Origin: an uncultured Verrucomicrobiae bacterium
GTDB taxonomy: Bacteria; Verrucomicrobiota; Verrucomicrobiia; Limisphaerales; Palsa-1400
Reading direction: 5' to 3'
DNA: 64,000 nucleotides
Assembly (NCBI GenBank): GCA_963707025.1
Contig: CAVPOM010000005.1
Location: forward strand, 1-64,000
Shown here: positions 19,207 through 28,567 of the stretch, piece by piece
Position numbering within the stretch: the first letter of the stretch is position 1
Layout: each line of letters opens with the position of its first letter
Translations under genes and position numbers: made by a program
Notes under the pieces: model-generated
The model's database searches: none
What the model saw: the letters and a program-made list of their open reading frames with translations, nothing else
What the model was told of the DNA's origin: nothing

Positions 19207-20706
19207 ATGTCACAGGGCTTACATTTATCGCAACGCATGTCGTTGTCGCAGGTGCTGGCGCCGCAGTTGCAGCAGTCGCTGGCGCTGTTGCAGGCGCCCA
19301 CGCTGGAATTGAAGGCGTTGGTGGAGCAGGAGGTGCAGATGAACCCCTGCCTGGAGGAGGTGCCGACGGCAGAGATGGAGCAGTTGGACCGGAACCGGGA
19401 CGAGGGCAGCCCGGCCAATGATCCGGCCGACCTGGCCGAACCGCCGGCGGATGTGATGTTTGATCCGGCGACGGAAAAGCCGAGCAGCGCGCCGGTGGAC
19501 GATTTTCAGGCGGAATTTGAGAAGTTTGTGCAGCAGGACCAGGAATGGCGGGACCATTTTTCGCAAACGAACCTGCCGGCGCGGCAGGGGCCGGAGGCGG
19601 AGGAGCGGCGGCAGTTTATGTTTGACTCGCTGGTGGCGGGGACCTCGCTGCAGGAGACGCTGCTGGAGCAGATGCGGTTTTCAGAGATGACGGAGGAGGA
19701 GCAGCGCATCGGGGAGATGATCATCGGCAACGTGGATGAGCGCGGGTATCTGAAGGAGAGCGTGGACTCCCTTTCCTTTGCCTCGGGCGAGCCGCTGGAC
19801 AAGATCGAGGGGGTGCTGAAGGTCATCCAGTCTTTTGACCCGGCCGGGGTGGCGGGGCGGGATTTGCGGGAGTGCATGATGCTGCAACTGGAACGGGCCG
19901 GGAGCCAGAAGACGGTGGAATACCGGATCGTGCGGGACTTCATGGAGGCGTTGTCGAAGCGGAAGATGCCGGAGATTGCGCGGGGACTGGGACTGACGGT
20001 CGAGCAAGTGCAGGAGGCGGTGCAACGGATCACCTGCCTGGAACCGCACCCGGGCCGGGCCTATTTGCCGGATGACGACTGCTATATCCTGCCGGAAGTT
20101 TTCGTGACCAAGGTGGGGGACGATTATGTGGTCACGACCAACAACGAGCAAATCCCCCATCTGCGCATCAGCAACCATTACAAGGATTTGATGGCGCAGG
20201 CCAATGCCCCGGCCGAGGCGCGGGAGTGGGTGCGGGAGAGAATCCGGGCGGGGAAGTTTTTGATCAAGAGTTTGCAGCAACGGCAGCAGACCATTCTGAA
20301 CATCGGCCGGGAGATCGTCAAACGGCAGCGGGAGTTCATGGACAAAGGCAGGGCCTATCTCAAGCCCATGACCATGGTGCAGGTGGCCGAGGTGGTCAAA
20401 GTGCATGAGACGACGGTCAGCCGGGCGGTGTCGAACAAGTACATGGACACGCCCCAGGGGATTTATGTGATGAAGTTTTTTTTCACCTCGGGCATCCAGA
20501 CCGAAAGCGGCAACGGGGTGTCCAACACCAGCGTAAAGGACATGGTGGCGGCGATGTTCGCGGGGGAGAATGCGGGCAAGCCGTTGTCGGACCAGGAAAT
20601 CGTCAAGATGCTGAAGGAAAAGGGCATCGTGATCGCGCGGCGCACGGTGGCCAAGTACCGGGCGGAGCTGAACATCCTGCCCTCCAATTTGCGCAAGGTT
20701 TATTGA
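19207..20706 (+). CDS. rpoN: RNA polymerase sigma-54 factor
   Basis: PQLQQSLALLQ, HETTVSRAV, RpoN box ARRTVAKYR. Confidence 0.98.
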   Translation: MSQGLHLSQRMSLSQVLAPQLQQSLALLQAPTLELKALVEQEVQMNPCLEEVPTAEMEQLDRNRDEGSPANDPADLAEPPADVMFDPATEKPSSAPVDDFQAEFEKFVQQDQEWRDHFSQTNLPARQGPEAEERRQFMFDSLVAGTSLQETLLEQMRFSEMTEEEQRIGEMIIGNVDERGYLKESVDSLSFASGEPLDKIEGVLKVIQSFDPAGVAGRDLRECMMLQLERAGSQKTVEYRIVRDFMEALSKRKMPEIARGLGLTVEQVQEAVQRITCLEPHPGRAYLPDDDCYILPEVFVTKVGDDYVVTTNNEQIPHLRISNHYKDLMAQANAPAEAREWVRERIRAGKFLIKSLQQRQQTILNIGREIVKRQREFMDKGRAYLKPMTMVQVAEVVKVHETTVSRAVSNKYMDTPQGIYVMKFFFTSGIQTESGNGVSNTSVKDMVAAMFAGENAGKPLSDQEIVKMLKEKGIVIARRTVAKYRAELNILPSNLRKVY

Positions 20707-21314
20707 CGGCTTTTCGTTTTCAAGGCGGCTTTGGTGGCGGCCTGGAGTTCCTCCAGTTTGGGTTTCAGTTCGGCCTTGATGTCGCGGCTCATGCGGTCAA
20801 TGAAGAGGATGCCGTTGAGATGATCGAGTTCATGCTGGATGGCGCGGGCCAGCAGGCCGCCGCAGGAAAAGGCGATGGCCCGGCCTTGCAGGTCGGTGGC
20901 GCGGACTTCGGCCAGGAAGGGACGTTCGATGTCGCCGTAGATTTCCGGGAAGCTCAGACAGCCTTCGGAGGCGGTGACGGGCTGGCCGGCGGGTTGGATG
21001 GCGGGATTGATCAAAACCAGCGGCATGATGGAGGCGGGATCGGCGTCCTTGCCATCCAGTTTGAGGGTGGAGGGCCGGTCGGTGACGCCGCGGAGGTCGA
21101 GCACTGTCAACTGCAAGGCTTGGCCGACTTGCTGGGCGGCCAGGCCGATGCCTTTGTTGGCGTGCATGGTTTCCAGCATGGCGGCGGCCAGCGCCTGGAT
21201 TTCCGGGGTGATCTTTTCGACGCGCGCCCCTTTTTGCCGCAGAACGGGGTGGCCGTATTTGACGACTTCCAATGTCTTCGGGGGGCTGGCGACGGGGTGA
21301 GGGGCAGCGGTCAT
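20700..21314 (-). CDS. def: Peptide deformylase
   Basis: GIGLAAQQVG, EGCLS, QHELDHLNG. Confidence 0.96.
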   Translation of the reverse strand: MTAAPHPVASPPKTLEVVKYGHPVLRQKGARVEKITPEIQALAAAMLETMHANKGIGLAAQQVGQALQLTVLDLRGVTDRPSTLKLDGKDADPASIMPLVLINPAIQPAGQPVTASEGCLSFPEIYGDIERPFLAEVRATDLQGRAIAFSCGGLLARAIQHELDHLNGILFIDRMSRDIKAELKPKLEELQAATKAALKTKSRQ

Positions 21315-21322
21315 GGGCGGGG

Positions 21323-22438
21323 TCACCAGCCGCGGGCGAGGAAATCGGCCAGGGGGGCGATGGCGGGGCTTTGGGCGGTGCGCACATAGAAACCACTGGT
21401 GGCGACGCCGGCCAGCAGGCTCATCTCGTTGTCCAGACCAAGGAGTTTGCCCAGGCAAAAGCCGGAATTGAAATGGTCGCCCGCGCCGGTGGTGACTTTG
21501 GGCTTGGGTGTCCAGGGACCCTGGACCAGGCTGAGTTGGCCGGCGGTGACGGCCAGGGCGCTGGCCACGGGATGGACGACCAAGGTGGCGATGGGCAATT
21601 GGGCGGCGATGCGGCAGGCCGTTTCAGCCAGGGCGGCCGGGGTGGCGGAGGAAGGATGGAGGCCGCAGACATCGGCAATGGCCAGGGCCTCCTTCTCGTT
21701 GAGGCCGAGGATCACCTCGAAATAGCGGTTGAAGCGGGCGATCAAATCCAGGGCGCGCAGGATGTCCGCGGGGGTGCGTTTTTCCGGATCGGCCAGGTCG
21801 AAGAACAGGAGGCGGCGCGGGCCGGTCAGGGCGGGGCAAACGTCGCGGAGGATGGCTTCCCAGAGGCCGCTCATGTAAGGGAGCATGGTCCAATTGACGA
21901 AAGCGACCAGATCGGACCGGCCGAATTTGGCGGTGAATTTATCCAGTCCGTAGCGGGCCTGGATGTTGGCCCAGGTGACTTCCTTGAGCGGGGCATGCTT
22001 GCCCAGCATGATTTTTCCATCCTCGAATTCCAGGGCGTCGGTGGCGCCGGGGTGGGCGATGCTGTGGACTTCAGCGCGGGCGGCAAAATCGCTAAAGACG
22101 GGATGGAGGCTGGGATAGCCGAGCGCGCCCAGGTAGGTGACTTGCAAGCCGAAGCTGGCCAGGGCGTTGGCCATGATGGGGCCGTTGCCGCCCAGTTTGG
22201 TGAGCTGGGGAACCAGTTCGAGGTTGCCGCTGCGGCCGGCGGCCGCGGCCAGGCGCTCGGCCAATCTGGCAATGGTGGGCAGGCGCTGATAGGATTCGGC
22301 GTTTTCCCGCTTGTCCACGACATGGAGGATTTCATCCACAAAACCGTCCAGGCCGACAAAGGCGCTGAGGGTGGCGGCGCGGGCGGAGTTGGCGAGGAGT
22401 TGTTGGGCGCAGGCGGCGCGGGGTTCCGGCGGGGTCAT
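21323..22438 (-). CDS. PfkB-family carbohydrate kinase-like protein
   Basis: KLGGNG, GLNEKE, TTGAGDHFNSG. Confidence 0.85.
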   Translation of the reverse strand: MTPPEPRAACAQQLLANSARAATLSAFVGLDGFVDEILHVVDKRENAESYQRLPTIARLAERLAAAAGRSGNLELVPQLTKLGGNGPIMANALASFGLQVTYLGALGYPSLHPVFSDFAARAEVHSIAHPGATDALEFEDGKIMLGKHAPLKEVTWANIQARYGLDKFTAKFGRSDLVAFVNWTMLPYMSGLWEAILRDVCPALTGPRRLLFFDLADPEKRTPADILRALDLIARFNRYFEVILGLNEKEALAIADVCGLHPSSATPAALAETACRIAAQLPIATLVVHPVASALAVTAGQLSLVQGPWTPKPKVTTGAGDHFNSGFCLGKLLGLDNEMSLLAGVATSGFYVRTAQSPAIAPLADFLARGW

Positions 22439-22470
22439 GGCTGTTTGTCAATAAGTTTAATGGGGCGCGG

Positions 22471-23361
22471 CTAATCGAGGTCAATGCCGGCCAGTTTCAA
22501 GAGGCGTTCCAGATCGCCGTCGCTGAAGAATTGGATTTCCACGGAACCTTTGCCCTGGTGGTAACGGAGACGGACTTTGGTGCCGAAGCGCTGCTGGAGA
22601 CGGTTTTGCAGGGCGGCCAGATGGGCGTCGGCGGGGGCGGGTTCATTTTTTGCGCCGGTTTTTTGGCCGGGCGGGTTTTGCAGGGAGGCGACCAGTGCCT
22701 CGGTTTGGCGGACGTTGAGGGATTTTTGCAGGACGCGTTCGGCGGCCCGGCGCTGTTCATCCGGGGAAGCCAGGCCGAGAATGACCTTGGCGTGGCCGAC
22801 GGAGAGGCGACCTTCGCGCAGCCAGGCCTGCAATTCGGGGGCCAGCTTCAAGAGGCGCAGGGCGTTGGCGACGACGACGCGGCTTTTGCCGACTTTGGCG
22901 GCGGCCTGCTCCTGAGTCAAGTCGAATTGGCCGATGAGCTGGGCGTAGCCGCCGGCTTCCTCGATGGGGTTGAGGTTTTCGCGCTGGAGGTTTTCGATGA
23001 GGGCCAGCTCCAAAACGGCGCGATCATCGGCCTGGCGGACGATGACGGGGACCTCGGCCAGGCCGAGCATTTGGGCGGCCCGCCAGCGGCGCTCGCCGGC
23101 AATCAACTCGAAATGATCGTCTTTGAGGCGGACTATGAGCGGCTGCACGATGCCCTGTTCCCGGATGGAGTCGGCCAGTTCACGGAGGGATTCGGCGGAA
23201 AAATCCTGGCGCGGCTGCAATGGGGAGGAGCGGATGCGGGCGACGGGGACGCGCTGGACCACTTCGGCCGACGCCCCCTGGTCCGGCCCAGCGGGCGGGC
23301 TGGAGGGGCCAGACCCGGCGAGCAAAGCGTTGAGTCCGCGTCCTAAAATGGGTTTCGCCAT
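22471..23361 (-). CDS. parB: ParB/Spo0J chromosome partitioning protein
   Basis: LGRGLNALL, QPRQDF, IAGERRWRAA, ENLQRENLNPIEEA, HTH. Confidence 0.96.
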   Translation of the reverse strand: MAKPILGRGLNALLAGSGPSSPPAGPDQGASAEVVQRVPVARIRSSPLQPRQDFSAESLRELADSIREQGIVQPLIVRLKDDHFELIAGERRWRAAQMLGLAEVPVIVRQADDRAVLELALIENLQRENLNPIEEAGGYAQLIGQFDLTQEQAAAKVGKSRVVVANALRLLKLAPELQAWLREGRLSVGHAKVILGLASPDEQRRAAERVLQKSLNVRQTEALVASLQNPPGQKTGAKNEPAPADAHLAALQNRLQQRFGTKVRLRYHQGKGSVEIQFFSDGDLERLLKLAGIDLD

Positions 23362-23435
23362 GGCGCAGAAGTTACGGGCAAACCGGGGATGGGGAAAGGG
23401 AAAAATATGCCGCTGGCATTGCGACAGTCATGGCT

Positions 23436-23543
23436 GGCAGGGCGGGTCCCGAATTATCGGGACCCGCCGCACGACGGTGGTGGGAAGCCGCTTCCCCTGC
23501 CAAGGCCCGACGGCGGGCAGTCCCGGCGTGCCGGGACCCTGCC
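23436..23543. repeat. REP-like inverted pair of GC-rich hairpins
   Basis: GGCAGGGCGGGTCCCGA-atta-TCGGGACCCGCC and GTCCCGGC-gt-GCCGGGACCCTGCC, with complementary GGCAGGG/CCCTGCC ends. Confidence 0.6.
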
Positions 23544-23683
23544 TTTCCAGGACCACGCATGACGGACGCGTTACGTCCGGCGCGGTGGCAGATGGGGGGC
23601 GTGTCGTGACGGGAAGAGACTTGCGCGGGGCGGGTCGGCGCGTACACTTTGGCCCATAACTTTAAGGATTTGTTCAAATCGTT

Positions 23684-24667
23684 ATGGAATATCGCGAACT
23701 GGGACGAACGGGTTGGAAGGTTTCGGCCATCAGCTTTGGAGCCTGGGCCATCGGCGGCGCCTGGGGAGAGGTGGATGACCGGGATTCCCTGGCGGCATTG
23801 CATCGCGGCCTGGACCTGGGCGTGAATTTTTTCGACACGGCGGATGTTTATGGGGACGGCCGCAGCGAACGGTTGCTGGCCCGGCTGCGCAAGGAACGCC
23901 GCGAGCCGTTCTATATCGCCACCAAAGCCGGCCGGCGCCTTGAACGGCAGGAAGCCGGCGCCTACAACCGGGAAAACTTGACGGGCTTTATCGAGCGCAG
24001 CCTGCAGAATCTGGCCACGGACAGCATTGACCTGCTGCAATTACATTGCCCGCCCCAGCAGGTTTTCTACATGCCCGAGGTGTTCGACATCCTGGATGAT
24101 CTGGTCAAAGCCGGCAAAATCCGGCACTACGGCGTGAGCGTGGAAAAGGTGGAGGAGGCGCTCAAGGCGATTGAATATCCGGGCGTGCAGTCCGTGCAGA
24201 TTATCTTCAACATTTTCCGGGAGCGTCCGAGCGAGTTGTTTTTTGGCCAGGCCCGGCGGCGGCGGGTGGGGATTCTGGCGCGCTTGCCGCTGTCCTCCGG
24301 CATGCTCACGGGCAAATTGACCCGGGCCAGCGTCTTCCCGCCGGATGACCACCGCGCTTTCAACCGTCAGGGCGAGGCTTTTGATCGCGGGGAAACCTTT
24401 TCCGGCCTGGATTACGAGACCGGGCTGGAGGCGGTGGAAGCCTTGCGCCCGCTGACGCCCGCGGGAGCGACGCTTGGGCAAATGGCCTTGCGCTGGATCT
24501 TGATGTTCCCGGAAGTGACCTGCGCCATCCCGGGCGCAAAACGCGCCAGCCAGATGGAAGAGAACATAGCCGCCGCCAGGCTGCCGGCCTTGTCCGGCAA
24601 AACGATGGCCGCCATCGCCGCCATTTATGCCCGGCAGGTGCGGGCGCAAGTGCATCAGCGGTGGTGA
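23684..24667 (+). CDS. Aldo/keto reductase
   Basis: VSAISFGAW, FDTADVYGDGRSE, IDLLQLH, GKIRHYGVS, AIPGAK. Confidence 0.94.
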   Translation: MEYRELGRTGWKVSAISFGAWAIGGAWGEVDDRDSLAALHRGLDLGVNFFDTADVYGDGRSERLLARLRKERREPFYIATKAGRRLERQEAGAYNRENLTGFIERSLQNLATDSIDLLQLHCPPQQVFYMPEVFDILDDLVKAGKIRHYGVSVEKVEEALKAIEYPGVQSVQIIFNIFRERPSELFFGQARRRRVGILARLPLSSGMLTGKLTRASVFPPDDHRAFNRQGEAFDRGETFSGLDYETGLEAVEALRPLTPAGATLGQMALRWILMFPEVTCAIPGAKRASQMEENIAAARLPALSGKTMAAIAAIYARQVRAQVHQRW

Positions 24668-24902
24668 GGGGCGGAGCCATTTTTATCTCGCGGTTGGAAG
24701 ATTTTTGCCTTTGATTTGAGGGTAATATGAAATGGGATTTTGCGTTTCGACCGAAATGGGTTGATCCGCTCACGAATGATTGGCGGCGCGACGCCTGGCA
24801 GGACGCGGCGGCCGGTGTGGCGGCTGGCAACGCGGCGCTGCCGCGGGCCGGGGCTGTTGCTTTCGTCGCAGGCCTGCAGCCGCCTGCCGGGCCAGCCACG
24901 CC

Positions 24903-26951
24903 ATGATGCTTCCGCCCGTCACACTGCTTATTGCGTCGCTCTGCGGATATGCCATCGGAGCGGCGGCGGGTTTGCTGTTCCTGCGCCGCGAAAAACTGGC
25001 GGCGGTTTTTTCCTTCGGCCTGGCGGCGCTCTCCGCGTGCAGCGGCCTGCTGGCCGGGCTTTTGATTTTGGCGGGCGCGCCTTCGGGCGCCGATGGGCCG
25101 CTGGATTTGCTCCCCCCGCCCCTGCCCTACCTGAGGTACACCATCCGGCTGGAGGCGTTGGGGGCGTTTTTCCTGGTGCTTGTCTCTCTGCTGGGGGTGG
25201 CGGTCTCGATTTATTCACTCGGCTACGTGCGGAGTTTCTTCGGGCGCAAGAACGTCGGGGTGCTGGGCGCATTCTATAACGCGCTGTTGCTGGCCACGAC
25301 GTTGCTCTTCGTGGCGGACAACATCTGGGTCTTCCTCTTCGCCTGGGAAGTGATGGCGCTGGCCGCCTTCTGCCTGGTCAGCTTTGAGCATGAAAAGCCG
25401 GAGACGCGCCAGGCCGGGGTGCTCTTTTTCATCATGTCGCACATTGACGCCGGGTGCGTCGTGGCCGGGTTCCTCCTGCTCTTTCAGGCGTCGGGCAATT
25501 TCAGTTTCAGCAGCCTGCACCACATCGGCGCGACCATGTCCTCCGGCCACCGCAACGCCGCCTTTCTTCTTTTCCTGCTCGGTTTTGGCATCAAGGCCGG
25601 CGTCATCCCGCTCCATGTCTGGCTGCCGGTGGCTCATCCGGTCGCGCCCAGCAACGTCTCGGCGCTGATGTCCGGGGTGCTGATCAAGACCGGCATCTAC
25701 GGGCTGACGCTGGTTTGTTTTGATTTTCTCGGCCCGCCGCCGTTCTGGTGGGGCGTGACCATCCTGGCCGTTGGGACCGTCTCGGCGGTGCTGGGGGTGC
25801 TTTACGCCTTGATGGAACACGACCTCAAACGGCTCCTGGCCTATCACAGCATTGAAAACATCGGAATCATTCTGATGGGTTTGGGCGCGTCGCTGATTTT
25901 TCTGCACACCGGACATTCGCTGCTGGCCTCGCTCAGCCTGATTGCGGCGATGTATCACACCCTCAACCACGCCTCCTTCAAAGGGCTGCTTTTCCTCGGT
26001 GCGGGGGCGGTGGTTCAGGCCACCCATACACGGAACATGGAAGAAATGGGCGGCCTGGTCAAACGCATGCCGGAGACGGCCTTTTATTTTCTCATGGGCG
26101 CGGTCGCCATTTCCGCGCTGCCGCCGCTCAACGGTTTTGTCAGCGAATGGCTCACTTATCAGTCCTTGCTCCAAGGCTTTGGCGTGACGGAGAGTATGTG
26201 GCGGCTGGTGTTTCCTTTGAGCGGGGCGATGCTGGCCTTGACAGGCGCGCTGGCGGCGGCCTGTTTCGTCAAGGCCTTCGGCATCACCTTCCTGGCCCAA
26301 CCCCGCAGCGAACACGCCGCCCAGGCGGTGGAGGCCCCGCCCTCCATGCGGATCGGCATGGCCGTGCTGACGGCGGTTTGCGTGCTGCTCGGGCTTTTTC
26401 CGACCGCCTTCATCCGCCTGCTTGATCCGCTGACCCTGCAACTCACCGGCGAGCAAATCAGCGGACAACTCGGTCTGGCCAACGGTCTGGCGCTGGCCTC
26501 GCTGTCGGAACATCCCGGAACCATCTCCATGCCCGGGCTGGTGCTGACGGGGGTTTGTCTGCTGCCCATTCCGCTGGCCCTTTGGCTGATGTTTGGGCGG
26601 CAGGCCAGGACGCGGCGCGGGCCGACCTGGGCGTGCGGGCAGCCCGGATTGACGCCGCAGATGGAATACACCGCCACGGGTTTTTCCAAGCCGGTGCGGA
26701 TGATTTTCAAGGCGCTCTTCCGCCCGCGGCGCGACGTGCAGCGCGAGTACGATTTCTCGCCGTACTTTGCGACCAACATCCGCTTTGAAAGCCACATCGA
26801 GGAGGTGTTTGTGGAACGGCTTTACCGGCCGTTGCGCATTTGGATTCTGCGCGTCTCGCGCCGGATTCGCGCCCTCCAGGCCGGCAGCATTCACGCCTAC
26901 CTGCTCTACATATTCGTCACCTTGCTCTTGTTGCTCCTGTTCGCCTTATGA
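24903..26951 (+). CDS. hyfB: HyfB-like antiporter-type membrane subunit
   Basis: WEVMAL, KAGVIPLHVWLPVAHP, DLKRLLAYHSIENIG, PPLNGFVSEW, MEYTATGFSKP. Confidence 0.9.
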   Translation: MMLPPVTLLIASLCGYAIGAAAGLLFLRREKLAAVFSFGLAALSACSGLLAGLLILAGAPSGADGPLDLLPPPLPYLRYTIRLEALGAFFLVLVSLLGVAVSIYSLGYVRSFFGRKNVGVLGAFYNALLLATTLLFVADNIWVFLFAWEVMALAAFCLVSFEHEKPETRQAGVLFFIMSHIDAGCVVAGFLLLFQASGNFSFSSLHHIGATMSSGHRNAAFLLFLLGFGIKAGVIPLHVWLPVAHPVAPSNVSALMSGVLIKTGIYGLTLVCFDFLGPPPFWWGVTILAVGTVSAVLGVLYALMEHDLKRLLAYHSIENIGIILMGLGASLIFLHTGHSLLASLSLIAAMYHTLNHASFKGLLFLGAGAVVQATHTRNMEEMGGLVKRMPETAFYFLMGAVAISALPPLNGFVSEWLTYQSLLQGFGVTESMWRLVFPLSGAMLALTGALAAACFVKAFGITFLAQPRSEHAAQAVEAPPSMRIGMAVLTAVCVLLGLFPTAFIRLLDPLTLQLTGEQISGQLGLANGLALASLSEHPGTISMPGLVLTGVCLLPIPLALWLMFGRQARTRRGPTWACGQPGLTPQMEYTATGFSKPVRMIFKALFRPRRDVQREYDFSPYFATNIRFESHIEEVFVERLYRPLRIWILRVSRRIRALQAGSIHAYLLYIFVTLLLLLLFAL

Positions 26952-27892
26952 ACCTGTCGCTCCCAGCCATCCTCGCGCAAACCGGCCTGCTGCTCCTGCT
27001 GGCGCCGCTCCTCAGCGGCCTGATCCGCAACTGGAAGGCCAAGCTGCAGAACCGGCGCGGCCCGCGGGTCTGGCAGCCTTACTTTGATTTGATCAAATTC
27101 TGGCGCAAGGACATGGTCATTTCCGAGCACGCCTCGTGGATCTTCGCGGTCACGCCGTACGTCCTGTTTGTGACGGCGCTGGCGGCCGGACTGATGTTGC
27201 CGATGGTGACGGCGCCCGCGCCGCTGGGCTTGTTCGGCGGGGTGCTGGCGCTGGTGGGAGTGCTGGCGCTGGGCCGCTTTTTCCTGGCGTTGGGGGGACT
27301 GGACCCGGCCAGCGCCTTCGGTGGGATGGGGAGCAGCCGGGAAATGACCATTGCCGCCATCGCCGAACCGGCGATGATGCTGGCCATCTTCACGCTGGCC
27401 ATCGCGGCCGGTTCGACCAGCCTGAGCCAGATCGTCCTGGCGAGCCAGGCGCCCGGCTGGAAGTTTCTGGATCCGTCGCACGCGCTGGCCTTTACCGCAA
27501 TGTTCATCGTGTTGCTGGCGGAGACGGGACGGATTCCAGTGGACAACCCGGCCACCCATTTGGAACTGACCATGATTCATGAAGCGATGTTGCTGGAGTA
27601 CTCCGGGCGTTATCTGGCGCTGATCGAGTGGGGTGTGTCCATCAAACAGTTGGTTTTGATGGCGCTGCTGGCGAATATCTTCTTTCCCATCGGACTGGCG
27701 GCGGAAACGACGCCGGCGACCATTGCGCTGGGGCTGCTCTGGCTGGGGGCCAAACTTCTGGTGCTGGCCGGCGCGGTGGTGCTGGTGGAAACTTGCAACG
27801 CCAAGCTGCGGCTGTTTCGCGTGCCGGACCTGTTGGGCGCCGCTTTTGTCCTGGCGATGCTGGCCCTGGTCTCCACCTTTTTATTTAAATAA
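26948..27892 (+). CDS. hyfC: HyfC/HycD (NuoH-like) membrane subunit
   Basis: QNRRGP, FGGMGSSRE, ETGRIPVDNPATHLELTMIHEAMLLEYSG. Confidence 0.9.
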   Translation: MNLSLPAILAQTGLLLLLAPLLSGLIRNWKAKLQNRRGPRVWQPYFDLIKFWRKDMVISEHASWIFAVTPYVLFVTALAAGLMLPMVTAPAPLGLFGGVLALVGVLALGRFFLALGGLDPASAFGGMGSSREMTIAAIAEPAMMLAIFTLAIAAGSTSLSQIVLASQAPGWKFLDPSHALAFTAMFIVLLAETGRIPVDNPATHLELTMIHEAMLLEYSGRYLALIEWGVSIKQLVLMALLANIFFPIGLAAETTPATIALGLLWLGAKLLVLAGAVVLVETCNAKLRLFRVPDLLGAAFVLAMLALVSTFLFK

Positions 27893-27894
27893 CC

Positions 27895-28563
27895 ATGAAC
27901 CCGCCCGCCGTCCAAACCGCCTCGAACCTCATCACCCTGCTGGCCTCCTTCATGCTGGTGCTCCAACTGCTGCTGGCCGTGCAGTCCATGCTCGTGACCA
28001 ACATCCGGCTCTTCGCCCTGCAATCGCTCCTCCTCGCGGCCATCGCCGCGGTGGTGGGCTATGCTTACGGCGCCTGGCATGTCTATGTCGTTGCCCTCCT
28101 CACCATCGTCGGCAAGGTCTTTTTTCTCCCCTGGCTGTTGGAACGGCTGGTGCGCCAGATCAAGATCGAACAGGAAGTCCGCCCTTTCGTCAACATGCCC
28201 GCCTCCATGCTCATCTGCGGCGCGCTGACCGTGCTGGCTTACGTTGTCGCGCGCCCCATCACCTCGCTCGAACGGCTGGGCAGCAACACGCTGGCCGTGG
28301 CCATCGCGCTCCTGCTCACTGGCTTTTTTCTCATGATAAACCGCCGCAAAGCGATCACCCAGGTGCTCGCCCTCCTGACCATGGAAAACGGCGTCATGCT
28401 TGCCGCCATCGCCCTCACCACCTACGGCATGCCGCTGGTGGTGGAAATTGGCATCTTCTTCGACGTGGTCATCGCGGTCATGGTGTTGGGCATCCTGGTC
28501 TTCCGCATCCGGGAAACCTTTGCCTCGATGGATGTGAGCAAACTCAACCAACTCAAATGGTGA
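27895..28563 (+). CDS. hyfE: HyfE membrane subunit
   Basis: ENGV, GMPLVVEIGIFFD; operon position. Confidence 0.9.
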   Translation: MNPPAVQTASNLITLLASFMLVLQLLLAVQSMLVTNIRLFALQSLLLAAIAAVVGYAYGAWHVYVVALLTIVGKVFFLPWLLERLVRQIKIEQEVRPFVNMPASMLICGALTVLAYVVARPITSLERLGSNTLAVAIALLLTGFFLMINRRKAITQVLALLTMENGVMLAAIALTTYGMPLVVEIGIFFDVVIAVMVLGILVFRIRETFASMDVSKLNQLKW

Positions 28564-28567
28564 TCTG

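Noticed and set aside
24700..24902. Riboswitch upstream of the Ehr operon
   Set aside because: GC-rich and potentially structured, but I recognise no aptamer consensus. An Rfam scan would be needed.
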